Source of the DNA: Utricularia gibba | Lineage: Eukaryota > Plantae > Magnoliophyta | DNA: 64,000 nt | Direction of reading: 5' to 3' | Assembly (NCBI GenBank): GCA_002189035.1 | Contig: NEEC01000011.1 | Location: 2,542,001-2,606,000, forward strand | Shown: piece by piece, positions 1 through 10,472 of the stretch | How the letters are laid out: each line of letters opens with the position of its first letter | Position numbering within the stretch: the first letter of the stretch is position 1 | The notes under the pieces: generated by a model | Seen by the model: only the letters and a program-made list of their open reading frames with translations | Database searches by the model: none | What the model was told of the DNA's origin: nothing | Position numbers and translations under genes: made by a program

Positions 1-427
1 AAAGAAAGCAGGCGTAATCACACGAAGGAATTTGTGGACCGCAATTGAATCTGGAGAGCGAAGCTTGGTCATGAGTCAGCTTCAAGGAGTACAGTGGAAA
101 AGGTGGAGGTTGCAGGCGCAGGGGTCTATTTAACGCAGGTCAAGTGTCAAACGAGCATTTAGAGGGAAGATGGGTAGTGGACCCATGGGAGCTGAAAATT
201 TCAAATGCGGCTGAAGAAGAAGGTAGGCAGTTTTATACTCATTACTGGTACGCAAGGGACTCGATGAAAAATCTTAAGTTACTGCATGTTCTTTGTCTTC
301 TTCTCTCCGGGTCCCTGAATTCTGGGGTTTGAAAAAGGGAAGGCCGTTGCTGAAAGGAAATGGTTCTGAAGCGAGTAGAGGGTACCTTTAGCTGAAAGAT
401 TGGATTTCGAGAAGTGGGTTAAAGACT

Positions 428-2032
428 ATGGGTTTTCGCTCAGCCTTTTGCTGTCTTGTTAAATCGGATCGGTACGTGCTTTCGCGATGCTTATTTGGTG
501 AATTTGGATTTGAAACGGAGAAACACAAGTGGGATCGGAAGTTTACTTTAAACGAACATTGGATGCTTCCTGGTTGCATCTTGCTTTATTCTGAAATTTC
601 ATAGTTGTTTGATTGAAGTGATTGTTTTTGATTCGCTTATTCAATTATCTGGAGATGGAAGAAAATATTGGAGCATGATCACTGCTGTTTGTGAAGTTAT
701 CTCCAAATCTTAGTCAATCGTAAGAACTGGGTGCAGGAAAAACCGTGGAACGAAGGAGCCTTCTTGGAGGATTTTTTCTTTAAAAGAATTGCAGCTAGCC
801 ACAAATAACTTCAACTATGATAACAAGCTTGGCGAAGGTGGATTTGGCAGTGTTTATTGGGGTCAGCTATGGGATGGATCTCAAGTAAGATGATTATCTA
901 ACACATCAAAATTTTACAGACAACATTAGCATTCGTTTGTCCGATTTCCAAATGGTAACACGTGATTTAGCGAATACATGAGGTTATTAAGCTGAGTGAC
1001 ACATTTCACTGCTGTTCTGCCATCATCATATGTTCCCCTTTGAAGAATTGCTTTTGATAGAAAATCGTCCCTGTTTTCATTTCTTCTACAGATAGCTGTG
1101 AAAAGGTTGAAGTCATGGAGTAGCAAGGCTGAGACAGAGTTCTCCGTGGAAATTGAGGTTCTTGCACATGTACGACACAAGAATTTGCTTACTCTGCGTG
1201 GTTATTGTGCAGAAGGACAGGAACGCCTGATAGTTTATGATTACATGGCAAATCTGAGCTTGCAATCCCACCTTCACGGGCAGCATTCTGATGAATGCCA
1301 TCTTGATTGGGGCAGACGAATGAACATTGCTATTGGTGCTGCAGAAGGAATTGCGTAAGTACTCATTGTGAGTTTAGTTGTTGCTGCGGAATCCGGAGTT
1401 ATTCACATAACCATGTATTGGTTGGTTTATACAGCTACCTGCATCATTCTGCAACTCCACACATAATCCACCGGGACGTCAAAGCAAGCAATGTATTGCT
1501 AGACAGCGATTTTCATGCTAAAGTTTCAGACTTTGGTTTCGCCAAGTTTATACCTGATGGAGCAACACATGTGACAACCCGAGTAAAGGGAACACTTGGC
1601 TACCTTGCTCCAGAGTATGCAATGCTAGGAAAGGCCTCCGAGAACTGTGATGTTTACAGTTTTGGAATTCTTTTGCTGGAGCTGGCTACTGGAAGGAAGC
1701 CACTGGAGAGGCAAGATGGGACAATAAAACGAGCAATCACTGACTGGGCCCTGCCTTTGGCCTGTGAAAGGAAATTTAAGGAACTTGCAGATCAAAAGCT
1801 CAATGGAAAATTTGTCGAAGAAGAGCTTAAAAGGGTCGTCTTCCTTGGCCTTGTCTGTTCACAAACTCAACCTGAAAAGAGGCCAACTATGCTTGAAGTG
1901 TTGGAACTTCTGAAAGGTAACAAGGAGAAGTGCGCTGCTCTCGAAAACCATGAAATATTTAAAATGCCAAAAGAAAGCTCTGAGCTTGAATCTGATGCGA
2001 AGGAGGTGAAGCAAGAAATAGAGAATGCTTGA
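428..2032 (+). CDS. PTI1-like receptor-like cytoplasmic kinase (At3g15890-like); exons 428-471, 737-884, 1092-1354, 1435-2032
   Basis: Joined exons read [73 protein letters not shown]. All introns are GT-AG and in frame. Confidence 0.93.
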
Positions 2033-2458
2033 GTCCATCTAGAAAATTGTGTGAATCCTTCATTGTTCGTCCTCTTGACTTCAAAAATGGAAATGGTTTA
2101 ATTACTTCTTATGCTTGGAGCGATCTGTATCTCTCTGTTAATCCAGCGGCTAGTAAATTTAGAAAATCTTGGGTTTCAGGAGTATGTCCGGTGCGTGTTG
2201 TCCCAAATTCTTGCGTGCTTTGTGTGCCATTGATTTGTAGCTTATTTTATTGTACGTTGAAGCGAAGTGTATTTCCCGAATCCCGTAATTGTTTGTAAAT
2301 GGCTCCCTCTGATTATTCCATTCTTTTGGCTGCTGTTTATGGAACTGCATTAATGGCTTCCCAAGTATTGCGTTTGATTTTGCAACGGTCGTCTTTTCAA
2401 AATCATTCTGCTTGTTCTTCTATTCAAAACAACACCTCCCAGAAAAACTGGATTCTAG

Positions 2459-3095
2459 ATGGCGAGTTTTCTAGTGAAGTTTCGTAGAACTCGCCGTACG
2501 AAATTCTGGTCACCGTCCTCGGTTTCCAAAAGAAGGTTTCTAACATACAGACGGCTCCCGGCGCAGCTTCTCAGACTCTCTGTTCTTAAGTTGGATGGCT
2601 CTTGTTTCAGTAAGATGGCTACTGATTCGCAGCGCCCTTCGTCCAATTCACATACTTACTCGAATTTACAGGTTTTCAGGTGCATAGAAACGCCACGGTT
2701 TCTGGACTGAAAGCAACCATTGAGGAAGAATTCAGCCTACATTCCGACAAGGAGACAAGTTTATGGTATGAAAACTGGGACTTCCATGGGGTGCATTTGG
2801 ATTTCAACATCCTGGTACATGTTTCTGAAATATCTGCAGGTCCCTGGTTTGGAGCCACTTCTGCTTATGTTACAAGGGCCAAATGCTAACCAAAGACGAT
2901 GCAAACATACACAAGTGTGGAATCAAAGATGGTGATCAGGTTCCACAATCTCCATATTTCGTTTCTGTCATCGACTGCAGAAAAAGAAATAATTTCACAG
3001 AGATTTCGTTTTTGCAGCTTCACTTCGTTCGTTACATGAGAGCAGGCGCCCAGGACATTCAAACCCCCAATGAGAATCGGATTCACCTGAAATAG
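2459..3095 (+). CDS. Ubiquitin-like domain protein, U11/U12 snRNP 25 kDa (SNRNP25)-like family; exons 2459-2609, 2672-2765, 2840-2939, 3018-3095
   Basis: LRLSVLKLDGSCF..ATVSGLKATIE..WSLVWSHFCLCYKGQML..GIKDGDQLHFVRY matches the plant SNRNP25-type ubiquitin-like fold. GT-AG junctions join in frame. Confidence 0.85.
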
Positions 3096-3496
3096 CAGTA
3101 GAGCAATTGTAGATTTTGCTTTCTTCTCAAAGCTTTTTGTAAAGAACACACAGCTGCCTTTTTAGAGTTTCTTTTGTAATGTGAAGTCGCCATCACCGTG
3201 ATGAGGATTGTGTAATCTGTTCATTTTTCTCTCGGACAAGTCGGAAATTTTGTCTGAAAATAAGGATAATAATGGTCATGTTGGCAATCCAGTGATGGAA
3301 GAGCGAGCAAGCAAAGCAGATAAATATCTGATAGTTCTCTCGGAGGCTACGCTACCGCGTCTCGCCTTATTTCTTCCTTGCACTTCTCTCATTTTCACGC
3401 ATTTGGCTTCCGTCTGAACCCCTTCTCATACTCGTGTCTCGCCACTTGGCTGGTGAGTTTCCCGGTGAGTTTCGTCATCTTTCGAATAAATCATCT

Positions 3497-3752
3497 TCTG
3501 GGTTCCGAATATCTTATTGAATCACCGGTTCCCCAGATTCTTGTTAGTTTAAAAAATGCCAACTTTGGAAGATTCTTCGCTGTGCTAGAGTATATTTTTG
3601 CGATCGAGCTCAGTTTACGCCTCTTCGAATTGATAATTTTTCTGGGTTTCTAGTATCTTAATGATTCGTGATGGTTCCCCAGATTCTACACTTTTTCCCC
3701 TCCATATTCTTGCGATTAATATCGGTGTACGCCCTCCCCAAATTGATAACCT
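3497..3752. repeat. Degenerate tandem duplication (3497-3640 and 3641-3752) in the presumed 5' UTR intron of the KEG-like kinase
   Basis: Blocks tctgggtt..tatctta, ggttccccagattct, ttgcgat, tacgcc and aattgataa recur in the same order in both units. Confidence 0.65.
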
Positions 3753-3778
3753 TTTTGGGTTTCTTTGATCAGATTGGA

Positions 3779-5901
3779 ATGTCGGCGTCAGCGGTTGTTC
3801 CGTTTGATTACGAGCTTCTAGAGGGGATCCTGATGAATTAAGGACCGTAGATTCCTCTCCGCCGCCGCCACCAAAGGCTTACATCGATCCTGCATCACTG
3901 AAACTCAGGCACAGAATTGGACGTGGGCTTTTTGGGGATGTTTGGGTCGCCACGCATCATCAGACATCCTCGGAGTTCGATGAGTACCACGAAGTTGTAG
4001 TGAAGATGCTGCATCCTGTAAAAGAGGACTGTGTGAATGAGTTTCTGCATAAAATGGAAGCTGCCTGGGCAAGTTTGAAGCAGCTGAGATGCGTCTGTTG
4101 GCTGCATGGCGTTACAGTTCTCTCTGGACAGGTAAATAGCATTTGTCATCATAATAACCAGTGACTGTAAAGCAATTCTTTCAAAAGCTTCATCTCTACA
4201 GATCTGCTTAGCTATGAAATCCTACGAGGGATCGGTTGGTGATAAGATAGCATTGCGGAAAGGTGGAAAGCTCCCACTTGCAGATGTTCTGAGGTTGTGG
4301 TTTTAAACATAACCGGAAAAGTGTAAGATCGTTGAGATTGCAGTTTCTTACTGACAAAGGACTGAACTTACTTCAGGTATGGGATTGAATTAGCTGCAGG
4401 GATACATCAGCTCCATCAAAGAGGCTTCTTACTGTTGAATCTCAAGCCGAACAACTTCCTTTTAGACGAGAACGATCACATTGTGTTGGGTGATTTTGGG
4501 ATTCCCTTCTTCCTTCTTGGGATTCCATGGCTTGATTCTCGCGCAGAAGTCAGGCTTGGGACGCCCAACTACATGGCGCCGGAACAATGGCAACCGGATT
4601 TAAGGGGTCCGATATCTTATGAGACTGATTCTTGGGGCTTTGCCTGCAGCATCATCGAAATGGTCTCAGGCTCTCCGCCCTGGTTCGGTCGAGCGGTGGA
4701 AGAAATGCATCAAGAAGTCGTAATGCGCCAACAGAAACCAATGATTCCAAGTGGTCTCCCTCCTGCAGTTGAACAAGTACTTAGAGGTTGCCTTGAGTTT
4801 GATCTCCGAAACCGGCCCCTGATGCAAGACATATTAGTCGCATTCCAAAGGTTCCTCTTTTATCTCTGAAACGGCGTATACATGCATCTTCTGAGCTTGT
4901 TCTTACCAGAAAAAAACAACACTCTTTCTTTCCTGCAGCTCACAGACTGATGTTTATGATGATGACTCAGTCAGAAGCCTTGGGAGTGGTCCTTGCCGGG
5001 ACAAATCAAATGATAACGGCGGCTTCAGCATGTGGTTCCTCGCTAAAGATCATCTGCAGGTGGGCGATACAGTTTGTTCAAGAAAGGGAGTTAATAGGCA
5101 TGGTATGGAGATAACAGGGGTTGTTGTGGGTCTTGAGAAGGACAGTGCGCGTGATGGCTTCGTTCTTGTGAAGATTCCCACCATGAAAAACCCTCTGAAG
5201 CTAAATGGACAAGCTCTAGAAAGAGTCACCTCTGGTTTGTCAGCAGGGAACTGGGTGAAACTGATGAAACAAGATAATCAGCATTCCTCTCTGGGAATTC
5301 TGCATCACATACAACGAGATGGGAGCGTTGCTGTTGGGTTTCTGGGCTTGAAACTCTCTGGAGGGGTCATTCCTCCGATGTCGAGATTGCGAAACCGTTT
5401 TTAGTCGGGGAGTTTGTAAGATTGAAGGCAGATATCACAACCCCGCAATTCGAATGGCCACATAAAAGGGGAGGAAGTTGGGCGAGTGGAAGGATTTCGC
5501 AGGTTTTCCCAAATGGCTGCCTTTCGATCACTTTCCCTGGAAGGTTTGTTCTCGGAGACGAACACGAAAACGCATACTTCCTGGCTAATCCTGATGAAGT
5601 AGAGCATGTTTCTTTTGGAACGTGCACTGGGATCATGGAAAAATATCAACTTTTCGAAGATTTTCACTGGGCGGTCCGGCCTCTGGTCATCGCAGTTGGA
5701 GTTTTAGCAGCGACAAAGATGAGCTTCTTTGCTGGCAAAAAAGTGTCCGCAAGGATAAACAAACGGGTTCGCGACGAGAAAAAGAATGAGGGCGGCGGCG
5801 GCGGCGGCGGCGGCAATCAAAACGGAAAATCCGGCGGCGGTTCGGCTTCAGGTTGGCTCCCACCAAAAGTAGCTAACATGCTTTTCAGTGAAAGCGCCTA
5901 G
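3779..5901 (+). CDS. KEG-like protein kinase with C-terminal HERC2-like repeats (At4g32250-like); exons 3779-4131, 4202-4293, 4377-4849, 4940-5901; two -1 frameshifts as assembled (about 3826 and 5350)
   Basis: FDYELLEG/DPDELRTV..LKLRHRIGRGLFGDVW..LNLKPNNFLLD..LGDFG..LGTPNYMAPEQW..GSVAVGFLGL/ETLWRG..FEWPHKRGG..FHWAVRPL. Continuity with homologues needs one extra base at each of two sites. Confidence 0.88.
5791..5814 (+). repeat. (GGC)8 microsatellite encoding poly-Gly in the KEG-like kinase C-terminus
   Basis: Eight consecutive GGC units read directly. Confidence 0.95.
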
Positions 5902-6360
5902 CCTGCTGCTGCTTACCGATCTTACTGAACTGGTGTGTCTGTTTTCAGTCACTGTGTATCTATGGAGCATACAGCTTGACGACGATGATGGAAATTATAA
6001 AAAATAAAAATATTTAGAAATGCCAGATGGACTAAATGGGCCTACTTAGAAGGCCCAATTGGACTTGGTGAGGTCCAGTAGGAAAACCGCTCAATGCGTA
6101 TAGGCCCAATTAAGTTCGTCGAGTTCTATAAATACGGTTAACGTACACATCCGCGTAGGAATTCCTTGGCGTAGAGGTAAACAAAACGGAGTCCAACACT
6201 TTACCGATGAAATATATTCTCCGATCACCGGAACCCTAATTCTTAGTTTACCTAATTCATTTCGGATTTCTTTCCTTTGATTATAGGCGGAAAGGGGATA
6301 ACTCGAGGAGCAGGGATTGTCAGAAAACTCATCAAATCTTTTCTTGTTTTGCTGGCGATA

Positions 6361-8057
6361 ATGTCTGCAGTCGTTTGTGGTAAGAGGTCGTTCTTCGAGG
6401 ATAGTGAACCGGAGGTATCCCCGTCGCAGGGGCACAAGAGGTATCGGTGCTCCTTATCTGCTTCGCCTGTGCGCTTTGGAGTTTCTCCGCCGTTGCAGGA
6501 TACTGCTGTTGATATGCTCAAGGCATTGTTTCCGGATATGAAAATTGAGGTGGGTTTTGTTGTTATCATACCGTCTTTCTGTTCTATATTGGTGACTTTC
6601 TGGGTTTTCATTGTCTAAGGGTTTCTTCGACTTCGAATTTGTATTTTTTTCGGTGCGTCTTTTGTGTTCGAAGGCGGTTTTGGGTCTCATGGGTTCTTTG
6701 AATTTTAATAGTTTGTGCTCGTGGTTTAAATGCCCTCCATTTTAATGCAATCGAGATTGCTTTCTTCTGCGTAGTGGAGGTAAACTGTAAATAATCCAAG
6801 AAAATTTCAGATTTTATTTAAAGAATGATTAGTGCACTTCTTCAAAGTATGTTTTGATAGTCTGAAGGGAAAGTTTTAGACGTTCTTTACATTCTCTTCG
6901 GTGTTTACCTGAACACCAGACTAGTATAATGTTATTCAGAACGGTTTGTACTTTGGCGATGAAGTATGCTGCCAGTAAAATATGCTTCAATGTTGATGTT
7001 TAGGGGACCTCTTATCATGCGGTTGACAATTTTTCAGTTTCTTGGAAAAGCTTTGGAAGAATCTGGTAACAATTTGGATTTGGCAATAAAGCTCCTGCAT
7101 GATCTTTCTCACAAGGAGACATCCAGCTTGAATGAGGAAGGACTCAACATAAAAGGTAGGATGTCGCATCGCCTGGGCGTGGCCTGGCATGTGACTACAT
7201 AGAATACTTTGATTTACTTTGTTTACATATATTTCATTTGAGAATCCGTTTTTCTAGCTCCTGGAAGAGCATTTACACCGTTTTAGACATATGTGAAATG
7301 AATATGTTGATGATATTTTTTTTCACCTAGTTTGAGATTTTGATATTTTAAAATATGTGGTAAGTTGACATTTATTGTATTTGGAAAGGCTCAAATTCAA
7401 CTGAGGAGAGTGGGAAGCAGGGGCGGCAAATCCAAAAGAGGCTGCCAGTGGATGGTGTTGGATGGGTGGACCTTCTGCTCAGGGAAATGAGTTGTGCATC
7501 CAGCATAGACGATGCAAGATCTCGAGTGACAAATGTCTTGGAGAGCTTCGAAAGCACAATCACCTCTCATGCTACAGCTGAGGTAGCTCAAGCTTTTATC
7601 AAGGTTGGTTCATTTTTCCCCCTCGATTACCCTTTTCTTCTGATCAAGTCAGTAGTGAATGTACTTCTCACGGTTCAGTAGTGATGACATGGAACTGAGT
7701 CTTGTGGCTCGTAAATTTCCTTGATAGGAAAACGAGGTGCTGAAGGGACAGATTGAAGTACTTCTTCGTGACAATGGAATCCTCAAGCGCGGTGTAGCCA
7801 TTCAGCATGAACGTCAAAAGGAGCATGAGGAAAAGAATCAGGAGGCCCTGCAGCTGAAGCTGATGGTGGCTCAGTGTCAGGAGCAATTGCGAAATGCCGA
7901 GGTTCACCTTCCCCTTCCTTCCACATGATCATGTAAACCCCAGTATCCCTTACCAGTTGCTTCATTCCTGCAGATGAAAAACTATGCATTGGCATTGCGC
8001 TTGCGCCATGCCGAACACAGCAGCATCCCAGGGCACTTCCATCCAGACGTGTTCTGA
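6361..8057 (+). CDS. CUE-domain (ubiquitin-binding) coiled-coil protein (At1g80040/At5g32440-like); exons 6361-6549, 7038-7155, 7389-7603, 7728-7901, 7974-8057
   Basis: MSAVVCGKRSFFED..LKALFPDM..ALEESGNNLDLAIK..GWVDLLLREMSCASSIDDARSR..NGILKRGVAIQHERQKE..NYALALRLRHA..IPGHFHPDVF; the ending is typical of the family. Confidence 0.9.
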
Positions 8058-9146
8058 TACCTCACTCCCATCCTGAAATACACACAAAGGAGCTTGAGGT
8101 CTATCATCACCATCATAATCAGTAAACATCCTTCAGTGTAAAACGATGATTCCATGCGTTTGATTCTGTTCTTCATCTGCCACAAGCCTCTTATGATTAT
8201 CAACAAAAGTTTGTGAATTTTTAGTTCTGAACTGTCACGAGCCTCTGCTCCACCACCCCTTCTCACTTACTGACTCCCCATTTCCTCCCAGCTTTGGAGA
8301 AATCTGAAGCGCATGGATAAGACCATTTCTGATCAGGATGTTGCCACGAGGAAGAGCAGAGGCGTTTTAAAGCGTGACACATTCTCAAAGTCTTATCATT
8401 GCTGGGCACGTTCAAGTCCGTACGGGCTTCATCTTTTTCTCCACGGAAGCTTCCGGAACCTTCCTTATCGTTCTTCCTGGTTTGAATCTAGGTTAACCGA
8501 TTCTAGCAATATAACAATTTGTGTTCTAAAATCCGTGATTGAAGTTGGCGTTAGATCAGTTCAATTCAAATTCATGATTTTTATACAATATTTAATATAA
8601 AAAAATGAAATTTAGAAATATTAAAATTAAATAATTTTTTTAATCTTTAGGAATTTTTTTACGATTTATTAAATTAAAAAAAAAGAGAGAGATCATGAGC
8701 AAATCGAAAAATTTATTAAATCTGATTTTAAAACCCCAGATTAAATTAGGAAAAAATATGAAATATTATATGGCTATTTATGTTTAAAATTAAAAAATAT
8801 GATAAGATGTGGAACAGAGGAATTTGAATTGTGGTAATATATTAGATATTATAAAAAATGACAATGTTTTTGTATTTATTTATTATTTATATTTGAAGGT
8901 GAGGTAGTGGTTTTTATTGGCCAGTGCCAGATCACGAGGTTGGTAGGCGGTAACAAATGAGGAATCAGGAAATCCCCAAGGCGCGGTTGAGAAGAAGCCA
9001 CGTGGCGACTGGTGGATGGTCCCCCACACACCCCCTCTTTTTGTGTCCTTTTATACGTGTTCTTTTTGGCAACTTAGCTTGTGTCCTCTCCATGCCCATG
9101 CCACGGACTTACAACCCACTACACAACCATCTCCTTAATCTCTTTA

Positions 9147-9436
9147 GGGTGTGTTTGGTATATGGGAATGGGATAAAATGAGTTTAGTTTATTTGGGTTT
9201 AAATAAAGGCGATGTATTAGAATTATTTTTTTAAATAGTGTTCAGTTATTGGAATTAACAATTAGATTGAGTGGTTTTAAATAAAGTAAGGGAGTGATGT
9301 GTTTTTAAATAAACCCATGTACATGGGATTAAAAAAAACCATGTAATTTCAAGTTTATTTAAACATATCAACTAAATACTTTATAATTTATAATCATAAT
9401 TTGAAATCCATATAATCTCATAAATCAAACACACCC
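9147..9436. mobile_element. Tourist-like (PIF/Harbinger) MITE, 290 bp
   Basis: 11-bp perfect terminal inverted repeats GGGTGTGTTTG / CAAACACACCC, flanked by TTA at 9144-9146 and 9437-9439 (target-site duplication). AT-rich non-coding interior with palindrome CCCATGTACATGGG at 9314-9327. Confidence 0.88.
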
Positions 9437-10472
9437 TTAGCTTCATTCTCCATTCCATATTATGAGCATACGAGACTCGTATTCGTCGTGTCACGTTCCA
9501 TGTTACAATCTTTAGAATGAATTCGATAATACATATTTGTCATTCCAAGATTTTGTTTAGTACAGTTTCAAAAGATAACTCTAAACTAAATGATTCTTTA
9601 TATTTAAGGAAGCACTTCAATATTTATTAGAATAGAGTTTCCTTAACTTTTCAAAAAAGTTGAAACACTTGATTGTTTCAACTCCATATGAACTAGAAAC
9701 ATCATGTGTTTTGTCTAAAAATCAATTTTATAAATATTTTTATTGAAATTGGAACTGCACTAAATAGAATTTAAGTATTTTTTTGAAATTCTAATTGAGT
9801 AAATTATAAATTGACATAAAGAATCGGAGAATCTTGTACATATAATCGAGCTATAGCATAGGCATATGGTTTTCAAATCCCACCCACACCAATTCCACTT
9901 TGGGTTAACACTAATGAATTCATGCTACCATATAGTAGCGTACCTCCTCTAGACAAGGTGGCTATTGTCTTCCACGTTACTTACGATGTTCTTCCATACT
10001 CCTATCCATCATAATTCTCCATCTCCCCAACTAATAGCTAAAGTAACTATTTCTCATTATAATTAAACATATGTTTAATATACTTCTAGTATATTCTAGA
10101 AGGAGATGTAATATTTGGTGAAGTATTTGGAGGTGTGAGAGTAAATGAGAGAATGGGTTGGGGAATCCAGCTCTCCATTGGTTAACTTTGAAACCACACA
10201 AGGGGGGTCTTGTTTCTTTATAAAGAAGAGGAGGAGGATGTGAAGTTGAATATTTTATAGGTTTTTAGAGGAGATTACAGAGTGGGGGAGAGAGAGAAGG
10301 GAGGGTGAAAGAGATGAGTTATCATGTGAGCAACAAGGAGAGGCCAGAAATGTTTTGAGAGAATCCAGACCTCTATGCCCATAGACCAGACCAACTAACC
10401 CCTTATCCCAATCTATCTGTTTCCCCTCTTGAAATTGGATTCAATTCTCGAGCTCCTCACCCCACTTCTCCC

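Noticed and set aside
4435-4460. Lack of HRD in the KEG-like kinase (LNLKPNN)
   Set aside because: As recalled, this is the normal catalytic-loop sequence for the KEG/At4g32250 family, not a locus-specific change.
8310-8400. Possible box C/D snoRNA on the minus strand (AATGATAA ... CTGA)
   Set aside because: Box C is imperfect, there is no terminal stem and no recognisable rRNA guide sequence.
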